Below are positions 1 to 9,543 of a stretch of 64,000 nucleotides of DNA, piece after piece. This stretch comes from an uncultured Verrucomicrobiae bacterium (GTDB taxonomy: Bacteria; Verrucomicrobiota; Verrucomicrobiia; Chthoniobacterales; JAFAMB01), in assembly GCA_963762565.1 (NCBI GenBank), contig CAVXLD010000005.1, forward strand, positions 480,001 through 544,000, given 5' to 3'. Both the position numbers and the translations under genes were made by a program. The first letter of the stretch is position 1. Each line of letters starts with the position of its first letter. The notes under the pieces are model-generated. The model saw nothing but the letters and a program-made list of their open reading frames with translations. It had not been told where the DNA came from and searched no databases.

Positions 1-293
1 CCCTTAGCTGTCGCCTCTGATTAGTCGGGGCCAAGGTAAAAGCCGTAAACACTGAGACGCAAACCTGGACGGAGAATCGGTTCGAGACAGTTCGACGGGA
101 TCAACGCGACGTGGAAAACGGTGCTTGAAAAGTGGCTAAGATTTTTCATTTCTTAGCTACTTTTAAGGTTCATCCCCGGACTGCTTTGACCTTTTATGAG
201 CCGATGCTGCAACTGATGGAATGCCTCGGAAGCCTTGTCCACGAGCCACTTTGCGGCTCATGTCGGATTATAGAAAAACACCCGAATCCGTAC

Positions 294-336
294 ACTCTTA
301 ATCACTGGGTTGAAGGTTCGATTCCTTCACGGTGCA
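294..336 (+). mobile_element. 3' half of tRNA-Lys(CTT), probable att site of an integrative element
   Basis: ACTCTTAATCACTGGGTTGAAGGTTCGATTCCTTCACGGTGCA gives a CTT anticodon loop, T-arm GAAGG-TTCGATT-CCTTC and the acceptor 3' strand. No 5' half or D-arm upstream. Confidence 0.8.
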
Positions 337-430
337 TTTCTTAACAGCTGATAGCTGCGTAGATTTTTATGCAGATAACGTGTCCACCTATGAGGGATTC
401 GTAGCCCGCTGCAGGGCCACGCTTTTGAAT

Positions 431-730
431 TTAACAGAAGAGCGTAAAGGCCTCAAAGGATGAGGAAAAGGAGAAAAACTCACGCAAAGACGCAAAGGTT
501 AAGACCATGCAGGGCTGAGCTTTTTTGATTTCCAAGCGATGGAGCGGGTTGGCCCAGCGAAAATAGGCCGAGTCAGCAACAAACGAGCTGGTTAAGAACT
601 ATTACCTCCCTAATGTCCTGGTATTTTGCGCGACATTTGCATGTGTCTTAGCCTTTACGCCTTTGCATGAGATTTCCTGTGCTTGGGTTGCGGCTAGGCC
701 GCGCTGTGACCTTTGCCGCCTTCTGTTCAA
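431..730. repeat. Nested imperfect inverted repeats (MITE/REP-like)
   Basis: 479-505 vs 645-671 match 23/27 as reverse complements. Outer pair is 431-450 vs 711-730. Confidence 0.65.
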
Positions 731-983
731 ACCTTCTTCAGAGTTTCCTGTTACCGTTGCCCGGTACCCACACCAAACAGCGAGGAGCCAAAATTACTGA
801 CTCCAATTCTCACGAAATCTCGGACCTTTTCGGTCCGAAGAAGGCTTCCTTAGGCCGAAAAATCGGACTCGGAATCGATTTAAAGCCGACGAATGTCGAA
901 CTAGAGTACGCTGCGCGCGCAGCGGCCGACGAGGCTATGTTGGTGGAATCCTGAGTGCGGTTGTTATTTCGGGGGGGAGAATA

Positions 984-1180
984 GGGGTCGAGTCTATACA
1001 TTACACAGAGCGTCGAGGGGGACTAAAGTTCGATTTAGCTTTTTTTTCAACCATGGCGAGCTTGCGCTGGAGGGCACGATCCTTCTGTAACCGGCGAATG
1101 GCTATGCTGACGCCGTTATGGTGTAAACGAGAGCGACCCAAGCTCTGTGCCAGGCGGCATTGACGCACAGGCTGGCCAGC
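984..1180 (-). pseudogene. Internally deleted copy of the RAYT 3' end with its terminal repeat
   Basis: Aligns to 2131-2306 (GGGTCGAGTCTATACATTACACAGAG...GAGAGCGACCCAAGCTCT) with short deletions. Confidence 0.85.
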
Positions 1181-1215
1181 CGATCACTCAGAGGTCATAG
1201 CTGATGCCACCAGAG

Positions 1216-1956
1216 CTATTTCCGCAGCATCATTCCGCCGTCGATGTGCAAAACCTGGCCCGTCGTGTACGTATTGAGCATCAGGAAGATGTAAGCCGAA
1301 GCGACTTCTTCCGGCGTCCCGAGACGCCCTAGGGGATTGATCTGAGAATAGGAGCGTATCCTGGCGTCTATCTCCTCGCGTGACTTCGCGCGCCACAAGG
1401 CCGTGTCCATGAACGCCGGGGCGACGACGTTCACACGCACGCGGGGGCCGAGTTCCGAACCCAGTCCTTGCGCCATGGCGGCGAGCGCCTGGTTCGCCAC
1501 GTAGCTCGCCGCCGCCTCCTGCGCCCGGACACCGCTTCCCGAGGTGAACGTCATGCTGCCGCCGTCGCGCACGAGGGGCGCGGCGAAACGGGCGATCAGC
1601 AGATTGGTCCAGAACTTCGAGTGCAGCACATGCCGCATTGTGTCGAGCGGCGTATGCAGGAAGCCGCCCGCCATGGTGTCGCCGATCATCGAGACAAGAT
1701 GGTCGAACTCGGGCAAGGCCGCGATGAATTCCTGAAGGGCAGAGTGGTCATGAGCATCGCCCACGACGCCCTGAGCATTGCCACCGAGCATTGACGCCGC
1801 ACTCGAGACCTTCACCGGATCCCGGCCCACGATGACCAGTGAAGCTCCTTCCGCACGAGCTTGGCGGGCAATCGCCAAACCGATGCCGGAGCTGCCGCCA
1901 ATTACGACAACCTTCTTACGCTCGAGTAGCATTTCAGACCTCTCCAGTCTAAGCAA
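1216..1956 (-). CDS. SDR family oxidoreductase
   Basis: GGSSGIG Rossmann motif, RVNVVAP, PLGRLGTPEEVA, TGQVLHIDGG. Catalytic YxxxK reads YVANQ (atypical). Start may be 1932. Confidence 0.9.
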   Translation of the reverse strand: MLRLERSEMLLERKKVVVIGGSSGIGLAIARQARAEGASLVIVGRDPVKVSSAASMLGGNAQGVVGDAHDHSALQEFIAALPEFDHLVSMIGDTMAGGFLHTPLDTMRHVLHSKFWTNLLIARFAAPLVRDGGSMTFTSGSGVRAQEAAASYVANQALAAMAQGLGSELGPRVRVNVVAPAFMDTALWRAKSREEIDARIRSYSQINPLGRLGTPEEVASAYIFLMLNTYTTGQVLHIDGGMMLRK

Positions 1957-2130
1957 CGTCGCACGGTATCGCAGTCTTCAAGGAGACTGTTGATGCAGTA
2001 GGCTTGAACCGGACTGTGCGGTGTATAGCTCATGAATACGAGAATCTACACCGGAATAATGGCTATTCCTTTGAGGAAACGCGAAACTACGTGGTGACAG
2101 GTGTAGCGGAAGAAAAAGGCGGACGAAAAA

Positions 2131-3270
2131 GGGTCGAGTCTATACATTACACAGAGCTTCGAGTGGACTAAATTCGATTGAGCGTTTTTTCAATCAGGGC
2201 GAGCTTGCGGTGGAGGGTACGATCCTTCTGTAACCGGAGGCTGAACCGCCGAATGGCGATGCTGACGGCGTTATGGTGTAAACCGCCTGAGAGCGACCCA
2301 AGCTCTTTCAAAGTCAGCCGGGCACGAGTCCTGCCAAGGAAAAGCGCGGTTTCGCGTGCGCCGCAACCGCGAGCATGCAGCAGTTGCTCCCAGGGACGAT
2401 CCCAAGCTTTAGTTACAGCCCTAACGATCTGCGTCCAGTCCAGCGCCTGCTTTGACGCACGGCGTAGCCCCGTCTGTTGATCTTGGTCCCCTCGAAGTAA
2501 CTTCCGCATCTGGGCCACAAACTCAGTGCTACCCAGTAACACCGTATACTTCAGACGGTTTTTCCAGTCCGTTTCCCAGTCCCCGGTTGCCGCCGCTTCT
2601 CGGAGTTGGCGGCGAAAAGCCTCTTGACGCTTTCGCTGTGATCCTTGGCCAAAGCACTCCAGAATTGCCTGAGTACTTAGCCAGTTAACCGGCGTTCTGA
2701 TTCCAGCAAAGTATCCGTAGGAACTCCACGGAAATTGCTCCAGGATCTCAACCCGCTGGCGAGCCAGGTCTTTAGTGATCTCAACCTCCGAGCTTGCCCG
2801 GCCTTCGTGACCACCCGCTGCCTTAACCCTGACCGGATTGAGATGGATATAGCGGTTGATGATGACCGCTTCGTCCAGCTCGTGCAGAATCGCTTTGAAA
2901 CGCCCCTGGAATAACGGACCAACCCGGCTGTACTTGCGGTTCAACCAAACGCTATAGCCGACATTGAGCCAATGAATGGCCCGGCTGAGGTTAGCTTCTG
3001 GCGTCTCGATCTGCAGATGATAATGATTGGGCATTAGCACGTAGCCGTGAAGCTTGACCCCGAACCGTCCTGGCAACGCGCTGAGCAGCTCCAAAAACCT
3101 TTCGTAACAACGCTGAGAACGGAAGATGGACCGCTTCTCAATGCCGCGGTTGAGCACGTGATACCAGGCGCCTGGGAAATCAATCCGGGTCGGTCGAGCC
3201 ATCCGGATTTTTGTGCCACCAGCAGGTCAAAAGCTCAAGAACATTGTGTGTAATGTATAGACGCGACCCC
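2131..3270 (-). mobile_element. RAYT-type element bounded by ~24-bp inverted repeats
   Basis: Left GGGTCGAGTCTATACATTACACA (2131-2153); right TGTGTAATGTATAGACGCGACCCC (3247-3270). Confidence 0.8.
2168..3202 (-). CDS. REP-associated tyrosine (Y1/HUH) transposase with C-terminal HTH
   Basis: MARPTR..PGAWYHV.NRG, YVLMPNHYHL (HUH), GPLFQGRFKA, YIHLNPV, FPWSSY. Confidence 0.92.
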   Translation of the reverse strand: MARPTRIDFPGAWYHVLNRGIEKRSIFRSQRCYERFLELLSALPGRFGVKLHGYVLMPNHYHLQIETPEANLSRAIHWLNVGYSVWLNRKYSRVGPLFQGRFKAILHELDEAVIINRYIHLNPVRVKAAGGHEGRASSEVEITKDLARQRVEILEQFPWSSYGYFAGIRTPVNWLSTQAILECFGQGSQRKRQEAFRRQLREAAATGDWETDWKNRLKYTVLLGSTEFVAQMRKLLRGDQDQQTGLRRASKQALDWTQIVRAVTKAWDRPWEQLLHARGCGARETALFLGRTRARLTLKELGSLSGGLHHNAVSIAIRRFSLRLQKDRTLHRKLALIEKTLNRI

Positions 3271-3413
3271 GCTGCCTACCGGCCCGATTTCAACCTCCTT
3301 CTTGCCAAGCTAACCCTTCGCCAAACCTTCCAATTACTAACCCAAAATCCTCATACTAATTAGGCGCTATTGGGCAACAGCCCCTATAGACGCGACCCCG
3401 CTGCCTACCGGCC
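3256..3413 (+). repeat. 29-bp direct repeat of the element end plus flank
   Basis: TATAGACGCGACCCCGCTGCCTACCGGCC at 3256-3284 and 3385-3413. Confidence 0.9.
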
Positions 3414-3573
3414 AGCGTCGCTGCCAGTTATGGTATATGCGATCAGATATGATTACTGTGAGAATCTTGTCTCGCGGTGTTTTTGCTTCCGGGCCTGCAC
3501 GCCGCTGCACCGATGTCGTTCAATGCCAATCATTTGAATTGAATAATCCGAATTTATTGTGAAATGGCGGAAC

Positions 3574-3597
3574 AATAATGTAAACTTTTACATTATT
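3574..3597. promoter_or_regulatory. AT-rich palindrome, possible operator
   Basis: AATAATGTAAA-CT-TTTACATTATT, followed by TTGCCC-N17-TTATCT. Confidence 0.45.
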
Positions 3598-4038
3598 TTC
3601 TTGCCCTCACAATCGAGGAATGGTTATCTCGCACACGACGTTAGCGCTACTAACGGAGAAACCCGTGACTGATGGTGCGGCCAACTAGACTGGCGATTGA
3701 CGGACGATGGCAGTGAAGAGCCTTCGAAATGCCGTCGATCTAGCTCGGCTCGTGCATGAGGTGGGAGAAGGACTTGGCTGTGATGATCGAGCGGCGATCT
3801 TCTGCATTTCTCCGGCGTTACTCCCGGCTTCCGCCTTAGGCGATAGACTTTTTCTTAGTGGGAATGTCTCTCCCGGCGAATGGGCCACTCTCGTATTCGT
3901 ATAAGAAAACGCAACTTTCCAGGGTCAGGGCGAGTGCGTGTCAATTGGGGGTTGCCTTATCCAGGCTCTCTGCGATTAACTTTGCTCGCTGGTTTCAACT
4001 CTTCGCACGTTGTCCGGACACGATTCCGTCCAAATTTT

Positions 4039-4824
4039 ATGGTCATCAAAGATAACGAATTCATCGATATCCCAACGCCTGCTGGGCCAATGCGCACCTA
4101 CGTTCTCTGTCCGGTCGCTGAAGGCCGTTACCCAGGAATCGTTTTGTTCTCAGAAATCTTTCAAGTGACCGGACCGATTCATCGTAGTGCCGCTGTGCTG
4201 GCCGGACACGGATTCGTGGTCGTCATCCCGGAAATATTTCATGAGCTCGAAGAACCAGGGACTGTGCTCCCATACGACCAAGCCGGGGCGGAACGAGGCA
4301 ACGCGGACAAAATCAACAAAGAACTCTCCAGCTACGATGCCGACGCCAAGGCCGCGGTGGGATATCTGAAATCGCATCCTAAATGTACCGGCAAGATCAG
4401 CTGTATGGGTTTCTGTATCGGTGGACACCTTGCCTTCAGATCTGCGACCAACCCCGAAGTGCTGGCGGCGACCTGTTGTTATCCGACCGACATCCACACG
4501 AGGACTCTGGGCAAAGGCTTAAACGACGATACGCTTGATCGAATCCCTGAGATCAAGGGCGAACTCCTGGTCGTGTTTGGCCGGCAAGACCCACACGTTC
4601 CCCGCGAAGGCCGGTCAACGATTTACGATGCGCTGACCGACGCTGGAACAAACTTCACCTGGCACGAATTCAATGCCGCCCATGCCTTTATGCGGGACGA
4701 AGGCGCTCGATACGACGCGGCTGCCGCCCGGACGGTCTATGCAATGGCGCTGGACCTGTTCCACCGCAAGCTTAGCGAGGGCGACCTCACGCAAATTCAA
4801 GGCTCCGCCGAAACGCGGCGTTAG
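4039..4824 (+). CDS. Dienelactone hydrolase family protein
   Basis: EIFQVT, GFCIGG nucleophile elbow, GRQDPH, AAHAF. ATG 4039 preferred over 3880. Confidence 0.9.
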   Translation: MVIKDNEFIDIPTPAGPMRTYVLCPVAEGRYPGIVLFSEIFQVTGPIHRSAAVLAGHGFVVVIPEIFHELEEPGTVLPYDQAGAERGNADKINKELSSYDADAKAAVGYLKSHPKCTGKISCMGFCIGGHLAFRSATNPEVLAATCCYPTDIHTRTLGKGLNDDTLDRIPEIKGELLVVFGRQDPHVPREGRSTIYDALTDAGTNFTWHEFNAAHAFMRDEGARYDAAAARTVYAMALDLFHRKLSEGDLTQIQGSAETRR

Positions 4825-4952
4825 ACGCGCACCGCACAGCGGCTGTTGGTTGTAATTGTTTTAACCGTTTTTTCTGAGTATAACGTTACCGGTTCTGCAT
4901 CTCCTTCTAACGAGATGCTGCAGGGTTGTCGGTCCTGTAACAGGTAGGAGCC

Positions 4953-5345
4953 ATGTTGGAATTCCTAAAGATAAATATTTCCAGGGACCAGTCTAAGGAC
5001 ACTGGAATGGCCATGACTCTCATTTTGTTGCTATTGAACCGCTCGTTCAGGCACGACGCTTGGCTCATCGGAGCTATCGCAGCACTGGTGATTGCCATGA
5101 CAGTACCCCAAGTCTACCGGCCTTTAGCCGTGGTCTGGTTTGGCCTGTCTCATCTTATCGGGATGTTCACATCCAAAATAATTCTATCCGCCGTCTTCTT
5201 TGGCGTGGTGATGCCCGTCGGATTGCTACGGAGATTTTCCGGGAAAGACCCTTTGAATCTGAAGGCATTCAAGGCCGGCAGTACCTCGGTAATGAAAGAG
5301 AGAAATCATCGCTTTGTGGCCGCAGATCTCGAAAAACCGTATTAA
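4953..5345 (+). CDS. SxtJ-family membrane protein
   Basis: Hydrophobic; W.GLSHLIG...FFGVVMPVGLLRR..GKDPL and C-terminal LEKPY. Confidence 0.8.
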   Translation: MLEFLKINISRDQSKDTGMAMTLILLLLNRSFRHDAWLIGAIAALVIAMTVPQVYRPLAVVWFGLSHLIGMFTSKIILSAVFFGVVMPVGLLRRFSGKDPLNLKAFKAGSTSVMKERNHRFVAADLEKPY

Positions 5346-5360
5346 GCGAAAGCGTTACCC

Positions 5361-5510
5361 GTGGAATTCCTGAAGGATCTTTGGTGTTTTCTAAAAATCC
5401 GAAAGAAATTTTGGCTCTTACCGTTAGTCTTGGTTCTTCTTTTGTTCGGGATTCTAACGGTGTTTGTGGGTACCTCGGCGATCGCGCCGTTTATTTATTC
5501 GATGTTCTGA
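5361..5510 (+). CDS. DUF5989/SxtK-like 49-aa membrane protein (absent from ORF track)
   Basis: Translates to MEFLKDLWCFLKIRKKFWLLPLVLVLLLFGILTVFVGTSAIAPFIYSMF, with the RKKxWLxP...APFIY signature. Confidence 0.85.
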   Translation: MEFLKDLWCFLKIRKKFWLLPLVLVLLLFGILTVFVGTSAIAPFIYSMF

Positions 5511-5536
5511 CATGCATCAAAGATGGGACGCATCGA

Positions 5537-7417
5537 GTGACAGCGACATCGACTGACACTAGAAAAGCCATTCTGGGGATCTCAGCCTTCTATCACGACA
5601 GCGCTGCGGCCGTCTTGGTTGACGGCAAGATCGTTGCCGCGGCCCAGGAAGAACGGTTTATCAGGAAGAAACACGATTCGTCATTTCCGATCAACGCGTG
5701 CCGATTCGTGCTCGATGAAGCAGGAGTTAAATTTGAAGACCTCCGCGCGGTGTCGTTCTACGATAAACCCTTCCTGAAGTTCGAACGCCTCCTCGAGACC
5801 TATCACGCCTTCGTTCCCAAAGGCTTCGCGAGCTTCGTTTCTGCCCTGCCTGTCTGGATCAAGGAGAAGCTCTTCATGAAACGCTTGATCTCCAGGCATC
5901 TGGCGGAGCTGGGCGGTGGCAGGGTGCCTATGTATTTTCCGGAACACCATCTATCCCACGCGGCTAGTGCGTTCTATCCGTCACCCTTTGCTGAAGCTGC
6001 CATTGTTACCATCGATGGTGTCGGCGAATGGGCCACAACGACGACAGGACTCGGTCAGGGTTCGGAGATATCGATTTTGAAGGAGCTGCAGTTTCCCCAT
6101 TCGGTCGGGTTACTCTATTCGGCATTCACTTACTACACCGGATTCGTCGTCAATAGCGGCGAATACAAGCTGATGGGCTTGGCTCCGTATGGCAACCCCT
6201 CATCCGCGCGCACGCTTGATTTTCTCGAAAAAATTACCACCGAGCTTGTCGATATTCGCGAAGACGGTTCCATCGTGCTCAACATGGATTGGTTCGATTA
6301 CGCCACTGGATTGACGATGGTTAAAGAAGAGAAATGGCAAAAACTCTTCAGAATTCCGCGGCGAGAGGCGGAGACAGAAATTACGCAGGGTTACATGGAT
6401 ATGGCGCTGGCCATCCAACTAGTCACGGAAGAGATTGTGCTCAGGCTTGCGCGAACCGCTAAGGAGTTAACCGGATGCAGAAATCTGGTGTTGGCCGGCG
6501 GCGTCGCCCTTAACTGTGTGGCCAACGGTAAGATTCTTAAGGCCGGGCTTTTCGATGATCTCTGGATCCAACCTGCGGCGGGCGACGCGGGTGGGGCGCT
6601 GGGAGCTGCATACGCTGTCTGGCACATCCACGACGGCCATCAACGGAGCATAGCCCCGGGCTGCGACGCTATGAGCGGAGCCTACCTCGGGCCCGAATTC
6701 TCCAACAAAGATATTCGACGGACGATCGAGAAGCATGGCGCTATTGCCCGCTACGTTGATGACTTCCAGGAATTGGCCGCTGAGGTAGCCGGGAAGCTTG
6801 CCGAAGGGAGCGTCGTGGCTTGGTTTCAAGGTCGAATGGAGTTTGGACCGCGCGCCCTGGGCAATCGCAGTATCCTGGGTGATGCTAGAAACCCGGAAAT
6901 GCAGAAGAAGATGAATCTCAAGATCAAGTATCGCGAGGGTTTCAGGCCATTTGCTCCCTCCGTGCTGGCGGAGGATCTCGAGGAGCTCTTCGAGTTGGAC
7001 CGGCAATCGCCGTACATGTTATTGGTAACGACAATCAGGGCAGAGAAACAAATCCCTCTCCCGGCGGGATTCGAAGCAAAGGGCCTTTACGAGCGCCTTT
7101 ATTTCCCGCGATCTGACCTTCCCGCGATAACTCACATCGACTATTCGGCTCGAATTCAAAGTGTCAGTCGAGAAACCAATCCTCGATACTGGCGATTAAT
7201 CCAGGAGTTCAAGAAGCTGACTGGTTATGGCGTAGTTGTGAACACCAGCTTCAATGTTCGGGGAGAGCCTATAGTCTGCAGTCCCGAAGATGCGTATCGC
7301 TGCTTCATGCGCACCGAAATTGATTACCTGGTACTTGGTGATTATTTCCTGGATAAGAAGGATCAGCCTCAACCGATTGATGGGGAGGGACAGCCGGCGC
7401 AGTTCCCGCTCGATTGA
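5537..7417 (+). CDS. Carbamoyltransferase (NodU/CmcH/SxtI family)
   Basis: ILGISAFYHDSAA, EHHLSHAASAF, DGVGE, GEYKLMGLAPYG, EFGPRALGNRS, NTSFNVRGEP. The track start at 5060 overlaps two real genes. Confidence 0.93.
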   Translation: MTATSTDTRKAILGISAFYHDSAAAVLVDGKIVAAAQEERFIRKKHDSSFPINACRFVLDEAGVKFEDLRAVSFYDKPFLKFERLLETYHAFVPKGFASFVSALPVWIKEKLFMKRLISRHLAELGGGRVPMYFPEHHLSHAASAFYPSPFAEAAIVTIDGVGEWATTTTGLGQGSEISILKELQFPHSVGLLYSAFTYYTGFVVNSGEYKLMGLAPYGNPSSARTLDFLEKITTELVDIREDGSIVLNMDWFDYATGLTMVKEEKWQKLFRIPRREAETEITQGYMDMALAIQLVTEEIVLRLARTAKELTGCRNLVLAGGVALNCVANGKILKAGLFDDLWIQPAAGDAGGALGAAYAVWHIHDGHQRSIAPGCDAMSGAYLGPEFSNKDIRRTIEKHGAIARYVDDFQELAAEVAGKLAEGSVVAWFQGRMEFGPRALGNRSILGDARNPEMQKKMNLKIKYREGFRPFAPSVLAEDLEELFELDRQSPYMLLVTTIRAEKQIPLPAGFEAKGLYERLYFPRSDLPAITHIDYSARIQSVSRETNPRYWRLIQEFKKLTGYGVVVNTSFNVRGEPIVCSPEDAYRCFMRTEIDYLVLGDYFLDKKDQPQPIDGEGQPAQFPLD

Positions 7418-7446
7418 CGATCTCAAGCCCAGACCCGTTCCAACCG

Positions 7447-8655
7447 ATGCCTAAATCCACTAAGTCAACGTCGGCTCTAAGATTGATAGGCATTAACGCG
7501 GGGGTTTTCCTACTGCTTTATGCACTCATCGAGCTGTTATATAGTGGCTATCGCTATCTCACGGATGGCTCACCAGATTCGTTTTCTGTTTTTGAACATC
7601 CGGGCCAGACAATTAAGTTCGACCCGGTTCGCGGCTATTATCTAACCCGAACACCTTCACGCATAGCTCGGGTGAACTTTGGGAAGATTGAGTACCAGGG
7701 ATCCTATCAAGGCAACGGGCAAGGTTTTGCCGATCGCGATGATTTCAATATTAAACGGTCTTCAGCAAGCGAACGGCGAGTGGCGGTTTTTGGGGATTCG
7801 TTCGCGGCGGCAATCATGGAGCCTCTCAACTCGCCCAACTGGCCGGACCGGGTGGAAGATCTACGCCAGGTAAATGGAAGCGGACCGCTGGTATTGCTCA
7901 ATTTTTCTTTGGATGGCGCTGGCCTGGCTAATTGGGCGAGCATTCTCCGCAACGTCGTCGTGAAGGATCAAAATGAGCTTGACGGGCTCCTCTTCGCGGT
8001 TGCTTGGGACGATCTTGATCGAACGTTTGCCTTCTTCGATCAAGTCGATTCGCATAGATTCCTACACGCCGTAGCGCCCACCTGGGATATCGCCGCCCAA
8101 CCGAAGACAAGGGGTGAGGCGCTTGAGTTTCTCGAAAAGGACCCCGATCCGGCACATAGGTATGTGTTATCAACTGAAGAGTATGACGCGTTTCTAACTG
8201 GAAACTGGAAACCCAGACAATGGTCGTTTCGACTTTCCGAGTTAGTCGCTGGAATGCTTCGCGGTGGGCCACCAAGAAGGAATCCGCGCGCCGAGTTCGA
8301 GCCCGGACAGCTCGCGCTTATAGAGCAGATCCAGCAGATTGCGAAAGAGCACTCATGGCCAATCGCGGTAGTTTATGTCCCCAATCGAGAAGAACTGCTT
8401 GGTTCGAGGGAGGACCCTAACATCGAAAAATGTAGCAAGTTTTCAGAAACACTGGGCGCCACCTTCTTTGATGGGCGGGAAGCATTCCAAGGACTTAGCC
8501 ATCAGCAGATCAAGGACGACTGGTTCCCGATCGATGCTCATTGGAATCGGGGAGGGTCTGACCAGTTTGCCGGCTTTATGGCCCCTAAGATACAGGGTTG
8601 GCTCGCGGTGTCTGCGGAGCACCGAGCAAACTCTTCAACGGGCACCGGTGAGTAG
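7447..8655 (+). CDS. SGNH/GDSL-like hydrolase with N-terminal TM anchor
   Basis: VAVFGDSF and DAHWNRGG (DxH) motifs. Confidence 0.75.
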   Translation: MPKSTKSTSALRLIGINAGVFLLLYALIELLYSGYRYLTDGSPDSFSVFEHPGQTIKFDPVRGYYLTRTPSRIARVNFGKIEYQGSYQGNGQGFADRDDFNIKRSSASERRVAVFGDSFAAAIMEPLNSPNWPDRVEDLRQVNGSGPLVLLNFSLDGAGLANWASILRNVVVKDQNELDGLLFAVAWDDLDRTFAFFDQVDSHRFLHAVAPTWDIAAQPKTRGEALEFLEKDPDPAHRYVLSTEEYDAFLTGNWKPRQWSFRLSELVAGMLRGGPPRRNPRAEFEPGQLALIEQIQQIAKEHSWPIAVVYVPNREELLGSREDPNIEKCSKFSETLGATFFDGREAFQGLSHQQIKDDWFPIDAHWNRGGSDQFAGFMAPKIQGWLAVSAEHRANSSTGTGE

Positions 8656-8809
8656 GGCACGATCTGAATCGAATCGAGCGCCGGAATTCTAGGCAAGTAC
8701 TGCGACTCGCAGTAGTCGCTTTTCCAGCGCTGGCCAAATCGACACCGATATAAAATTGATTTGATGGTTACAGAACGGGTACAGTGGTGCTGCTGCATAA
8801 CGACAACCT

Positions 8810-8893
8810 TGGGACGGCCAACAGTTGACCTGTCCCCATTCAGAACCTTTACGATCGATAGCCAGACTTTTGTCGACTATTGGCCTGTCCCCA
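8810..8893. repeat. Inverted pair resembling GGGGACAGG-type transposon ends (MITE remnant)
   Basis: GGGACGGCCAACAGTTGAC vs GTCGACTATTGGCCTGTCCCCA. Confidence 0.5.
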
Positions 8894-8973
8894 GTCCGGT
8901 TATCTAACGTAACCCGACCTTGCCGGCACGCCGAGCCTTGACATAAAACCAGCCGCCGACAAGATGCACGAAG

Positions 8974-9516
8974 ATGGAAAACGAAATGTCGACTGCTCTA
9001 TCAACAATCCCGTCAGACGACCGCAAACGCAATCTAACGCTGGTGCAACCCGACAAAGAGGGAACCCTTCCTCACTTCGGTTTGGTTGGCGATACCTATA
9101 CCATTACGGTGACGGGCGAGGAGACCGACGGACGCTTCTGCGTAGTTGATATGCACATCCCCCCAGGTGGAGGGCCGCCGCCGCATCGGCATGACTTCGA
9201 GGAAACCTTCATCCTGCTCGAAGGGGAGATGGAAGCAACCTTCCGTGGCAAGAAGTTGATTGTGCGTGCCGGTGATACCCTGAACATTCCTGCCAACGCT
9301 CCGCATCAGTTTCTCAACGCTTCCGCTGGGCCGGTACGTCTCCTCTGCATCTGTTCTCCGGCGGGACAAGATAAATTTTTCATGGAGGTTGGGGTACCGG
9401 TCGCTACTCGGACGACGCCCCCACCGAAGTTGGACGAAAAAGAGCAAGTGGCGTTCATCGAAAAAGTGAAGGCGCTCGCGCCAAAGTACCGCACTGAACT
9501 GCTAAGAGAGGCGTAG
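8974..9516 (+). CDS. Cupin domain protein
   Basis: GGGPPPHRHDFEETF...LEGE and IPANAPH. Confidence 0.85.
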   Translation: MENEMSTALSTIPSDDRKRNLTLVQPDKEGTLPHFGLVGDTYTITVTGEETDGRFCVVDMHIPPGGGPPPHRHDFEETFILLEGEMEATFRGKKLIVRAGDTLNIPANAPHQFLNASAGPVRLLCICSPAGQDKFFMEVGVPVATRTTPPPKLDEKEQVAFIEKVKALAPKYRTELLREA

Positions 9517-9543
9517 GTCTTAACTTTCTCCTAAGGACGTGTC

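Noticed and set aside
260..340. Functional tRNA-Lys gene
   Set aside because: The 5' acceptor strand and D-arm are absent.
667..954. 95-aa ORF
   Set aside because: It begins inside an inverted-repeat element and has no recognisable motif.
3665..3740. Hammerhead ribozyme
   Set aside because: The CUGAUGA core is not intact (CTGATGG / GTGAAGA) and the three stems cannot be assembled.
5060..5536. N-terminal extension of the carbamoyltransferase in the ORF track
   Set aside because: It overlaps the SxtJ-like and DUF5989 genes in other frames; homology starts at ILGISAF.
4953..8655. Saxitoxin biosynthesis cluster
   Set aside because: Only the widespread sxtIJK/SGNH-like genes are present; no sxtA, sxtG or other core genes.
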